From the NCBI RefSeq assembly GCF_030144855.1, contig NC_082733.1:15996001-16060000 (forward strand): a stretch of DNA of 64,000 nt, read 5' to 3'. Below the pieces are notes generated by a model. It was not told the origin of the DNA. It saw nothing but the letters and a program-made list of their open reading frames with translations, and did not search any database. This DNA is from Hypanus sabinus. Lineage: Eukaryota. This document shows, piece after piece, positions 53,665 through 64,000 of this stretch. Made by a program: the position numbers and the translations under genes. How positions within the stretch are numbered: position 1 is the first letter of the stretch; every line of letters starts with the position of its first letter.

Positions 53665-54135
53665 AAGAGTGGTGAACCTATGGCATGCATGCCGTAGTTG
53701 GCTCATTAAAAAAACATTTCTGGCACACAGCTTGCAGTGTTGGCCCTCCATCCTTTAAACCCCCACCCATAATAAAAAGATACATGATGATTATTTCTAC
53801 TGCCAAACAAAGCAGTGAATTATTTTTTTACAATGCAAGAGTGGTGAGATGTTTTCACAGGAAACATTTCATGCTGGCTTAGCACCAGCTAGACGGTTGC
53901 AAGAACTGGTGAATGTTGGATGATGTGTTTTGAAATCTTCACAGACTTGGTGTACACATCTGTATTTGTAAACAGTTGGGACAGTTGACATTGGCTTTGA
54001 TTTTCCTTCTGTTGTTTGCGAATGAGCACTGGACATTCAGTAACAGATACGAGAAATAGTGCGTGTAATTTAGCACCTCCATGAATATTTATTTTTGTTT
54101 GTATTTTAAAATATTAATATTAATAATTTTTGAAC
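53665..54135. mobile_element. Possible hAT non-autonomous element
   Basis: Starts ..gtggtgaacctatggcatgcatgcc, resembling Charlie-type termini; the other end was not located. Confidence 0.35.
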
Positions 54136-54169
54136 AGGTTTTTTAAAAATACATTTATTTCAATCTCTG

Positions 54170-54500
54170 CTGACGTTTTACTTCTTCTCATACCCCCCCT
54201 TCTGTACTTCCCCATTTTGACCTTTTACTACCTCCAGATCCCTGTCTGCTTCTCTTTCTGTTATGGTCCACTGTTCTCTCCTGTCAGATTCCTTCTTCTC
54301 CACCCCTTGACTATTCCCTCCCACCTGTGTTCACGTTCCAGCCAGCTTCTTTCCCCTCCCCCCCCACCTTTTTATTTTGGTTACCCTGTTCCTTTGCAGT
54401 CCTGAAGAAGAGTCTCAGCCCAAAACATCGACTACCTATTCATTTCCACAGATGCTGCCTGACTTGCTGAGTCCCTCCGGCATTTTGCGTGTGTTGCTAA
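54170..54500 (+). mobile_element. Penelope-like terminal fragment
   Basis: CT-rich tract plus ctgaagaagagtctcagcccaaaacatcgac...gatgctgcctgacttgctgag block. Confidence 0.65.
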
Positions 54501-54599
54501 ACATGTCAATATCCCTTTTTTTCTAGAAAAAAGTCCACAATTACTGTTACTAATTCATTAATCAATGAAAATCTCTGCTGAAAATTACTACAGTTGATG

Positions 54600-54850
54600 A
54601 GAGAATCTTTTAGAAGGGTGGTGAATTTGTTGCCACGTGCAGCTGTGAAGGCCAGGTTGTTATGGGTGTATTTAAGGCAGAGATTGATAGGTTCTCGATT
54701 GGACTTGGCATCAAAGGTTACGGGGAGAAGGCCGGGAACTGGGGTTGAGGAGGAGATAGAAAAAAAGGATCAGTCATGATTGAATGGTGGAGCAGATTCA
54801 ATGGGTCAGATGGCCTAATTCTGCTCCTATGTCTTTTGGTCTTATAGTCT
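54600..54850 (+). mobile_element. CR1 3' tail
   Basis: agggtggtgaatttg...tttaaggcagag.ttgatag...ctgctcctatgtctt.tggtctt. Confidence 0.8.
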
Positions 54851-55059
54851 AAGATTATTGCCAGTTTGGGAACATGCTGTCAGAAATAGTCACCACCCCT
54901 GCCCCAGGAGGTAGTATCTAATTTCTTCTGAGGTGGTCTCTTGGCATCAAGAGTGGCTTGCTCCATTTTGTGGAATCGGAGGCAGGCAGTGCAGGCTCTC
55001 CCACAGATGAGACGGGAGGAAAATGACGGGATGGGTGGGTAGGTAGCTCGCTTCTTACA

Positions 55060-55320
55060 CTACTTACACAAGGCTTCCGACATAAACTCGAGGTAATCAG
55101 CTCCATCCTGAACGCTCTTTCTTCACTTTGAGCAGTCATCTACCAAAATTCCCAGAAGTCAGTGGGGTTGTTGCATTCCCTCAAGGAGGCCTTGAGCATA
55201 TGCTTGAATCTTTTCCTGTCTGTCTAGTCATCTGTTTCCAAAGTAAAGACTGGAACAGAATGTCTATTTGGGAATCTGGTGATCTGTTCTCAGGCGTGTC
55301 CGAAATGACCGGGTCAGTAT
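55060..55320 (-). mobile_element. RTE-clade LINE fragment
   Basis: Minus strand reads KRFKHMLKASLRECN, like the RTE/BovB C-terminal KRFKDxLKASL motif. Confidence 0.5.
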
Positions 55321-55384
55321 AGCTGCCTCAATACTTGTTTTTCTTATTTTAATATCAAAATCAACTTTATTCATAATAAACTAT

Positions 55385-55815
55385 TACAATGGATTCCGGT
55401 TAATTGGGCCATTGATTAATTGGGGCAGCCACTTATTTGGGACAACTTTTTAAGAACAAAAGCCGGTTGAGAAAATAGCCAGGGTTCCCTTCAATTGTTT
55501 GGGACACTGTGCTGCTTAACTGGGGCAGGAGACTGCTGCCAAATAGTTTCTAACGAGCATCACTCATGTGCGCTTGTGTGGCCATCAGACACGACACCAT
55601 GCTTAGAGCAAACGGTTTTTAAATAGTGTCAGAAACAACTGAAAATCTGTGGATGCTGGAAATCCAAGCAACACTCACAAAATGCTGGAGAAACTCAGCA
55701 GGCCAGGCAGTATCTGTGGAAAAATGTACAGTCGACATTTCGGGCTGAAACCCTTCGTCACAACTAACGTTAAATAGGGTCAGTTGTGTGCACATCTTCA
55801 AAAAGCAGTGATTTT
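55385..55815. mobile_element. Tigger/pogo-like non-autonomous transposon fragment, interrupted at 55633-55769
   Basis: Starts tacaatggattccggttaattggg; reverse-complement homologue of about 10470-10733. Confidence 0.6.
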
Positions 55816-56234
55816 TGAAAGCAATGAGCAGACTCTTTGAATAATTCCAATAAATAACAAGCTGATAAATTCCCGTAACGCTTTGTCACACTACAATTTA
55901 AGTGTGTTTGGAACATTTGGTAACAGTTCTGGGTGGGGGAGATGTTTATGCATGTTCTAGATAACAGCACAGCAGTTTTCAATGAAAGAAAATTAATCAC
56001 TCTGATTAATTGTACAAACTGAGCACTCCAGCTGTTAATTCAGCTGCGAATTACCACAGCTGAGCTGCGAAATACAAAAGAAAGGGAAATGCTACATTTA
56101 AGTAGCACCTTTCACATTGTCAGGCTGAGCCTAAGTGCTGCACGATTAATAAAGGACTTTTTCAAAGTATCCTGTTGTAGAAAACAGAGCAATCAGGTTT
56201 GCACGTGGGAAAAGAGATTTGTCTGATGCTCCTG

Positions 56235-56860
56235 AATCAGTTCACATTGGTGAGACAGTCGTAAATTGGGGGACTGCTTCATTGATAACCTGCACACCAT
56301 CTGCCACAAGCAGGACTTCCCAATGGTCAAATACTTTTATTCTGATTTGCATTCCCATTCGGACACAGCACTACAAAGCCTCCACTCGTGCCAAGATGAG
56401 GCTTCAGGGTTCAGGCCACCTTCAGGGTAGAGGAGCAGCACCCTATATTTTGTCCGGGTGGCCTCCAGCCTGATAGCAGGAATATCAATTTCTCCTTCCA
56501 GTATTCAAATTTCCCTTCCTTCCCTTCTTCCTCCATTCCTCATTCTGACCTTTTACCTCTTCTCACCTGCCAATCACTCCCCCCCCCCCCCCCGGGTCCC
56601 ATCCTTCCCTTTCTCTGATGGTTCACTCTCCTATCAAATTCCTTGTTCTCCGGCCCTTGACCTTTAGCACCCACCTGGCTTGACCTTTCACCTTCCAGAT
56701 AGCCTCCTTCATCTCTCCCCCCACCCCCCCGCAAACAAACTTTTTATTCTGGCATCTTCACCCTGAAGAAAGGTCTCGGCCCAAAATGTCGACTATCTGT
56801 TCATTTCAATCAATGCTGCCTGATTTGCTGAGTTCCTCCAGCATCTTGTGTCTGTTTCAC
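56235..56860 (+). mobile_element. Penelope-like element, GIY-YIG end plus terminal block
   Basis: HIGET motif (YIGET-like) in ORF 56219-56473, gaggagcagcacc.tatattt, CT-rich spacer, terminal block. Confidence 0.7.
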
Positions 56861-57046
56861 AAGAGTAAAAGAACCTGGTTTTGTAATTGCTAGCCAATAT
56901 ACTGGGGGGACGTATAGTACATTTAGAATATGGCATGATTAAATCCAGACATGCTTTGCATTCTCTACATGTGTTAAGTAACATGGAGCATGCAGTGGTG
57001 GCTATTTCCTAGTTAAGTGTCTTGCTAATAGCAGAAAAAATAGTAT

Positions 57047-57257
57047 TGTGGCGACCCACTTTCTGCGCAGGCGAACCGGCTCACAAATAGCCAGCACGCA
57101 GGGAGAGACTTTGGTACTGCACCTCTGACGTCATTTCTGCCCGGAGAGGCGGGCACTAGGGATTAAATGCCAGTGCCGTGAAGTTTGAATAAACTAGTCT
57201 CGAAACGGCTTACCGACTGCGTGTCGTCTCTAGCTCTGTATGTAGTACCTCGCTACA
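57047..57257 (+). repeat. 5' LTR of outer Gypsy element (211 bp)
   Basis: TGTGG...CTACA with internal AATAAA; about 89% identical to 63533-63744 (22 substitutions plus 1 gap by hand count). Confidence 0.95.
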
Positions 57258-57258
57258 T

Positions 57259-57272
57259 TGGTGACCCCGACG
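57259..57272 (+). promoter_or_regulatory. Primer-binding site complementary to the tRNA-Trp 3' end
   Basis: TGGTGACCCCGACG, 1 nt after the LTR, is the reverse complement of ...CGTCGGGGTCACCA-3' of tRNA-Trp. Confidence 0.88.
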
Positions 57273-57340
57273 GTCCAAATGGGATTTGGACCAAAGATGA
57301 CCGACTCTTCATCTGTTCACACAATTTCGCTAAAACTGCC

Positions 57341-57557
57341 TGTGGTGAACTACGTGTGCCTGTCTGGACACGTCCCCTGCTGACTGCTCCTGTGGCTCCT
57401 CCCACAGACCCCTGTATAAAGGCGATCAGAGCCTGGGCCCGGCCTCTCAGTCTCCAGGATGTAGTATGGTGGTCACTCACTGCTGGTTCCTTCTTCCAGT
57501 CAATAAAAGCTGATATCTCGCCTTTACGTCTTAGAATGAGTTATTGATGGTGCATCA
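57341..57557 (+). repeat. 5' LTR of inner element
   Basis: TATAAA at 57415-57420, AATAAA at 57502-57507; direct repeat of 59655-59871. Confidence 0.95.
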
Positions 57558-57583
57558 ATTTTATTGACTGGAAGTTTTAAAAC

Positions 57584-59320
57584 ATGGAAACCATTTTACG
57601 TCCGGAAAGATTGGATTTGGACCCCCAAGACCCTGAAGCAGCTCTTGCTTTTGAACTCTGGCTTGCAAGCTTCTAATCATACTTGGAGGAGGTTCGTGCG
57701 ACTGACCCTGCCGTTATGCACAGAATTATTCTCTCGAGGGTCACCCCAAAAGTTTATTCAATTATAAGAGACCTGCCGACCTACGATGGGGCACTGGACG
57801 CCCTCAAAAGACAGTATGTCGTGGAAAACGGGGTCATTGGCCCTGATCCAGACCGTATGCGCCCCCTGTTAGAACTCCCTCTTCCCACCACTCTCTCAGA
57901 TGGTGCCTGGGCTTCTTTTCCTATTATGCCCAATGGGTCCCTCATTATGCAGACAAGGCCCGCCCCCTGGTCAAGTCTACCACTTTTCTCCTCTCTGCTG
58001 AGGCCTGCGCGGCCTTCAGCTGCATTAAAGGGGACATTGCCAAAGCTACGATGCATGCGATGGACGAGACCATTCCTTTCCAAGTAGAGTGTGACGCCTC
58101 CGATTTCGCTCTGGCTGCTACCCTCAATCAGGAAGCAGGCCAGTAGCGTTCTTTTCTCGTACCCTCCAAGGCTCTGAAATTCGGCACTCCGCGGTGGAGA
58201 AAGAAGCCCAGGCCATAGTGGAGGCTGTTAGGCACTGGAGGCACTATCTCGCTGGCAAAAGGTTCACCTTGCTGACCGACCAGCGCTCGGTTGCGTTCAT
58301 GTTCAGCAACCAACAGCGGGGCAAAATCAAAAATGATAAGATTTTGCGGTGGAGAATAGAACTCTCCACCTACAACTATGATATTCTGTACCGGCCTGGC
58401 AGACTCAATGAGCCCCCTGATGCCCTATCCCGGGGAACGTGTGCTAGCACACAGCTCGACCAGCTGTACGCCCTTCATGCACAACTTTGCCATCCGGGGG
58501 TCACCCGATTTTACCATTTCGTGAAAGCCCGGAACCTGCCGTACTCCCTGGGGGTCATCAGGACGATGACCAGGGACTGCCAAATTTGCGCTGAGTGCAA
58601 ACTGCACTTCTACCGTCCTGACACGGCACAACTTGTCAAGGCCACCTGCCCTTTTGAGCGACGGAGTGTTGACTTTAAGGGCCCCCTTCCCTCCACCGAC
58701 CGCAATGTCTATTTTCTCAATGTTATCGACGAGTACTCACGGTTCCCCTTTGCCATTCCCTGCCCCGACACCACTGCCACATCTGTCATAAAAGCCCTGC
58801 GCCAGCTCTTCACTCTGTTCGGGTATCCCTGCTATATCCACAGTGATAGAGGGTCCTCCTTTATGAATGACGAGCTGCGGCAGTACCTGCTAGCTCGGGG
58901 CATTGCTACTAGTCGGACCACGAGTTATAATCCCCGGGGAAATGGACAGGTGGAGAGGGAGATTGCCACAGTGTGGAAGGCCACACTTTTAGCCCTTAAG
59001 TCAAAAGGGTTGCCGGTCTCTCGATGGCAGGAGGTCCTCCCCGAGGCACTCCACTCTATCCGCTCTCTGTTGTGTACGTCCACCAATGGCACCCCTCATG
59101 AACGCCTATTCTCTTTTCCTAGGAAGTCTGACCACTCTACCAGTTTGGCTGAAGTCCCCGGGGCCAGTGCAGCTCCGGAAACATGTGAGGAGTAATAAAC
59201 AGTAATAACAGCTGATCGAGAGGGTTCACCTTCTACATGCGAACTCCCAGTATGCCTACATGGTCTTACCTGATGGGCGGGAGGACACGGTCTCCGTCCG
59301 CGACCTGGCGCCCGCAGGTG
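57584..59320 (+). pseudogene. Inner element gag-pol remnant: gag N-terminus fused to RT end, RNase H, integrase
   Basis: METILRPERLDLDP...ALKRQY|VVENGVIGPDPDRMRPL; ECDASD; EKEAQAIVEAVRHWRHYL...TDQRS...DALSR; HHCC (H..LCHPG...CQIC), VDFKGPLP, HSDRGS, GNGQVER in ORF 58194-59195. Confidence 0.92.
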
Positions 59321-59654
59321 CAGCAGACCACTACCCTGAAGGCTCTCCGGTAACTATGAACCCTGTACCCGAGGTGACACTGCGCTCACCAGGCCCTACA
59401 CAGACTCCTCACGACACTCATATACCGGGCGTTTCGTATGTATATATACCAGGCGCCTCGCACATGCGTGAGGAACCCTAGTGGGCTGGAACCAGCACAA
59501 CCTCCGTCTCCTGTGAAATCACCGCCACCGCCGGCACCTGTGCAATCACAGTCGGTGCTACGTAGATCCCAGCGACAGATTCGACCACCTGATAGACTTA
59601 ACCTGTAAGAAACTTCGCCACATGGGGACTCTTTTAAAACAAAGGTGGGGTGAA

Positions 59655-59871
59655 TGTGGTGAACTACATATACCTGTCTGGACACGCCCCCTGCTGACTG
59701 CTCCTGTGGCTCCTCCCACAGACCCCTGTATAAAGACGATCAGAGCCTGGGCCTGGCCTCTCAGTCTCCAGGATGTAGTATGGTGGTCACTCACTGCTGG
59801 TTCCTTCTTCCAGTCAATAAAAGCCGATATCTCGCCTTTACGTCTCAGAGTGAGTTATTGATGGTGCATCA
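59655..59871 (+). repeat. 3' LTR of inner element
   Basis: Follows AAAGGTGGGGTGAA; ends GCATCA then TSD CTGCC. Confidence 0.95.
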
Positions 59872-60499
59872 CTGCCAACTTTCTGGATGCTGTGACCACG
59901 CGTGTGGTTTAGCCAAGCAGAAGCCCAGTTCCAGATTCGGCAGATATCCTCTGATTCCAGCGTTACTACCACGTGGTGAGCGCCCTTGACCAGGAGACGG
60001 CCACCCAGCTTGAGGATTTCATTCAGTCGCCCCTGGAAGAAGGCAAATATGAAGCATTCAAAGCGCTGCTCATTGGGACCTTTGGCCTCTCACAGCGTGA
60101 GCGGGGTGCCCGCCTGCTTCACCTGGACGGTTTGGGAGACAGACTGCCGTCAGCATTGATGAACGAGATGCTGGCCCTGGCTGACGGACACAAGCCCTGC
60201 CTCATGTTTGAGCAAGCGTTCCTAGAGCGACTGCCCGAGGACATACACCTGCTGCTGGCCGACGCAGATTTCAGCGACACCCGGAAGGTGGCGGCCCGGG
60301 CAGACGTGCTGTGGAAAGCCAAGAGGGAGAGCGTGGCATCCGTCGGTCAGATTACCACGCCGTGCGCCCAACAGCGGACCAGACCAGGCCCGGCAGGGGG
60401 GCGCACACAGCACAGAGGCAGGAGTGAGGAGGCCAGTGAACAGTGGTGTTTCTACCACCAGTGATGGGGCACAAAAGCCCGCCGATGTCACCGTTGCCC

Positions 60500-63480
60500 C
60501 TAATGACTATGGCGGCTGGCCACCAGGACAGCCTCTTGTACGTCTGGGACAAACAGTCAGGACGCCGATTCTTGGTCGACACCAGAGCGGAAATCAGCGT
60601 CTTGCCCCCGACGGGGTATGACACCCGCAACAGGAAGCCAGGGCCCACCCTTAGGGCTGCAAACAGCAGCACGATACGGACCTTCGGCACCTGCACAATG
60701 CAGCTGCAGTTTGGCGCCAGCTGGTTCACGTGGGACTTCACACTGGCCGCAGTGGCCCAACCACTCCTGGGGGCAGACTTCTTGCGAGCTCACAGCCTGC
60801 TGGTTGACTTGCAAGGGAAAAGACTGGTATATGCTGAGACTTTCCAGACGTTCTCCCTGGGTGAAGCCAAGTTGCCGGCCCCACACCTGGACTCCATCAC
60901 GCTGTCGGACAACAAATTCACCAGAATCCTGGCAGACTTTCCATCATTCTGGCACCGCAGTTCACGGCAGCCATGCCCAGACACAGGGTACAGCACCACC
61001 TCCCGACCCAGGGACCACCCCTCCACACCTGCGCATGAAGGCTCCCCCTGGAAAAGCTCCGCCTGGCGAAGGAGGAGTTCAAGAGGATGGAGGAATTGGG
61101 GATCGTACTGAGGTCCGATGGCCCATGGGCCTCCCCCCTGCACATGGTGCCCAAAGCAGCTGGGCGTTGGAGACCATGCGGCGACTACCACAGACTGAAC
61201 GAGGCTACAACTCCAGACCGCTACCCCATGCCGCACATACAGGACTTTGCAGCAAACCTGCATGGGGCAAGAATCTTTTCCAAAGTAGACCTTGTCCGGG
61301 GATACCATCAAATCCCGGTGCACCCTGAAGACATCCCCAAAACAGCACTTATAACCCCGTTTGGCCTGTTCGAGTTCCTCCGAATGCCGTTTGGCCTGAA
61401 GAATGCCGCACAGACGTTCCAGCGGCTAATGGACATGGTGGGACGCGACCTGAACTTTGCGTTCATCTATTTGGATGACATCCTTATAGCCAGCAGTTGT
61501 CGTCAGGAGCATCTTTCCCACCTCTGCCAGCTCTGCTCCCGCCTGAGTGATTTCGGCCTCACAATCAACCCGGCCAAATGCCAGTTCAGTCTCGATACCA
61601 TCGACTTCCTGGGCCACAGGATTACCAAAGACAGGGCCACACCTCTGCCCGCCAAGGTATACGCAATCCGCCACTTTGCCCGGCCCAACATGGTTAAAGG
61701 CCTACAGGAGTTCATTGGTATGGTGAACTTCTACCACCGTTTCCTCCCCTCAGCAGCCCATATCATGCGCCCTTTGTACACCCTGATGTCGAGTAAAGGC
61801 AAGGACATTACTTGGGACGAGGAGGCCGCAGCCGCTTTCGTTAAAGCCAAGGAAGCCTTGGCAGATGCCGCGATGCTGGTGCACTCCAGAACGGACGTTC
61901 AACCGCCCTCACGGTGGACGCATCCAACACAGCAATCGGTGGGGTGCTGGAGCAGCTCATCGAGGGGCGCTGGCAACCCCTGATGTTCTTCAGCAAGCAC
62001 CTACGACCACCCGAACTCAAGTACAGTGCTTTCGACCAGGAGCTGTTGGCACTGTATCTGGCAATCCGGCATTTCAGGTACTTCGTAGAAGGCAGGCCGT
62101 TTGCCGCATTCACTGACCACAAACCGTTGACCTTCAGGTTCATGAAGGTGTCCGATCCCTGGTTGGCTCGCCAGCAGCGACATCTTTCCTACATCTCCAA
62201 GTACACCACGGATATCCAGCATGTCTTGGGAAAGGACAACGTCGTGGTGGACGCACTCTCCAGACCAGCTGACCAGGCCCTGTCCCTGGGGGTGGACTAT
62301 GCAGCACTGGCGGAGGCGCAGCAGGCAGACGACGAGATGCCCAGCTAAAGGACCGCAGTCTTGGGTTTGCAGCTGCAGGACTTTCTCGTAGGCCCAGGTG
62401 AGAGGACCCTCCTGTGCGACGTGGCTACTGGCCAACCTCTCTCCATCGTCCCAGCAGCCTGGAGGCGGCAAGTTTTTGACTCCAAACACGGTTTGGCACA
62501 CCCATCTATCAGGACAACCGTCCAGCTGGTCTCCAGCAAGTTCACGTGGCACGGACTTCACAAGCAGGTCAGTGAATGGGCCAGAACGTGCGTGTAGTGT
62601 CAAACAGCCAAGGTGCAGCGGCACACTAAAGCCCCGCCGCAGCAGTTTGAGCCCACCCACCGGAGGTTCGACCACATTCATGTGGATATCGTGGGCCCCC
62701 TACCAGTGTCCCGAGGAGCGCGGTACCTCCTAACTATGGTAGACGGGTTCACGAGGTGGCCAGAGGCCGTCCCGCTCACCAACACGTCTGCCAATTCCTG
62801 CGCCCGAGCACTGATTGCAACCTGGGTAGCACGTTTCAGGGTACCAGCCCACATTACCTCCGACAGAGGCACCCAGTTCACCTCCAGCCTGTGGTCGGCT
62901 GTGGCCAGCCTGTTGGGAACGCAGCTACACCACACTACTGCCTACCACCCACAGTCGAATGGACTAGTGGAGCGTTTCCACCGTCACTTGAAGTCGGTTC
63001 TCATGGCCCGCCTGAGAGGGCCGAACTGGGTGGACGAGCTTGGAATTCGCACAGCGCTCATAGAGGATCTGCACGCCTCGTTGGCTGAGTTGGTGTACGG
63101 TGCACCCCTGGCCGTCCCAGGAGAGTTCATACCAGCCCCAAGGGGGCAAGAGGAAGAACCCGCAGCATTCCTGGACAGATTACGCAAAGGCTCGGCAACC
63201 TGGCCACCGTACCGACTTCTCAGCACGGACGGACCCAAAGACCTGCAGAACTGTAAGTTTTTGTTTGTACGAAGGGGACACCGGGCACCACTACAGTGGC
63301 CGTACGAGGGGCCGTTCAAGGTGATCAACACAATGGGTCCACGTATGTTCTGGACATTGGGGGGAAAGAGGAGGTTTTCACGGTGGACCGACTCAAACCA
63401 GCCCATGTGGATTTGGCGCAGCTGGTCAAGGTTCAGGCACCGCGGCGCAGAGGCAGACCTCCCAAACAGGGGCTGATCCA
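60500..63480 (+). pseudogene. pol of outer element: protease, reverse transcriptase, RNase H, integrase (frameshifted)
   Basis: FLVDTRAEIS (degenerate DTG), [14 protein letters not shown] and YLDD (ORF 61087-61983), DAS...ELLA...TDHKPL...DALSR (61914-62348), HVDIVGPL...SDRG...NGLVER (62613-63476), PYEGPF. Confidence 0.95.
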
Positions 63481-63514
63481 GACTGTGGACATTGGGGGGT
63501 GTATTGCCAGTTCT

Positions 63515-63744
63515 GGGAGGGGGGGGGAGTTATGTGGTGACCCACTTTCTGCGCAGGCGAACCGGCTCACAAATAGCCAGCGCGCGGGCAGAGACTTTGG
63601 TAATGCACCTCTGACTTCACTTTCACCTGGAGAGGGTGGATGCCAGGGATTAAATGCCAGCGCCGCGAAGTTTGAATAAACTAGTCTCGAAACGGCTTAC
63701 CGACTGCGTGTCGTCTCTAGCTCTGCATGAAGTACATCACTACA
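63515..63744 (+). repeat. Polypurine tract (63515-63529) and 3' LTR (63533-63744) of outer element
   Basis: G-rich purine run immediately before TGTGG...; LTR ends CTACA followed by TSD GTAT. Confidence 0.95.
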
Positions 63745-64000
63745 GTATAATCCAATTGGCTGCAATATTGGAGAAAGGTAATGTTGATGGAAATGCACAA
63801 TGAAAGGAGAGGCACACTGAACATTTTGTAAGCATTACATTCCTCACAAGGAACGTTGCCAAAAGCATTGTACACATTTCAACAGCTAATTACTGCACTG
63901 AACATTGGGGTGAAGTTCTCAATCGACAAAATGTCTTAATGTTATTCTCCTAGATACAGAAATTCAGGACCAACAGCTTTGCAGCATTTCTAGTACACGT

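Larger units (their letters stand above)
57341..59871 (+). mobile_element. Nested, internally deleted Ty3/Gypsy LTR retrotransposon (inner element)
   Basis: 217-bp TG...CA LTRs at 57341-57557 and 59655-59871 (9 differences, all transitions); 5-bp TSD CTGCC (57336-57340 and 59872-59876); purine tract before the 3' LTR; partial gag fused to RT C-terminus, then RNase H and integrase. Confidence 0.95.
57297..60500 (+). pseudogene. gag of outer element, split by the nested insertion (57297-57340 plus 59877 to about 60500)
   Basis: Rejoined reading MTDSSSVHTISLKLPTFWML*PRVWFSQAEAQFQIRQIS, then VSALDQETA...; ends in a damaged CHCC-type knuckle WCFYHQ*WGTKARRC. Confidence 0.88.
57047..63744 (+). mobile_element. 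Ty3/Gypsy LTR retrotransposon, CsRN1-like clade, decayed (outer element of a nest)
   Basis: TG...CA LTRs at 57047-57257 and 63533-63744; 4-bp TSD GTAT (57043-57046 and 63745-63748); PBS; PPT; gag-PR-RT-RH-INT order with stops and frameshifts. Confidence 0.95.

Noticed and set aside
57185-63679. Many overlapping alternate-frame and antisense ORFs, including a possible env or extra ORF
   Set aside because: Expected in GC-rich pol and LTR sequence; integrase runs almost to the PPT, leaving no room for env.
1-64000. CRISPR arrays, operons, rRNA or other prokaryotic systems
   Set aside because: Spliced vertebrate genes and vertebrate TEs throughout; no regularly spaced repeat array or rRNA-like sequence seen.

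Overview
AT-rich, repeat-dense vertebrate genomic DNA, not prokaryotic. The repeat mix (CR1 LINEs, Rex1/Babar-type LINEs, Penelope-like fragments, V-domain tRNA SINEs of the HE1 type) points to a cartilaginous fish, probably a ray or shark. Two host genes can be read from splice signals. (1) On +, the last two coding exons of a lamin, best matching lamin L3/LIII: 793-906 and a CaaX exon at 15176-15217 ending CAVM*. (2) On -, convergent with it, a complete four-coding-exon, 245-aa MARCHF2/3-family RING-CH E3 ligase: 30275-30103, 26155-25960, 25007-24798, 24094-23936, ending in the PDZ ligand ETIV*. A CpG-rich patch near 38.7-39.3 kb probably holds the first exon of a divergently oriented gene. 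At 57047-63744 a decayed CsRN1-like Ty3/Gypsy element (tRNA-Trp PBS, GTAT TSD) is interrupted in gag codon 15 by a younger, internally deleted Gypsy element (57341-59871, CTGCC TSD). The most unusual signal is that this inner element has no tRNA primer-binding site; the 16 nt at that position are the exact reverse complement of its own LTR poly(A)-signal segment, suggesting self-priming and/or occlusion of the 5'-LTR poly(A) site. Family assignments come from motif recognition by eye, not database searches, and boundaries of old repeats are approximate.
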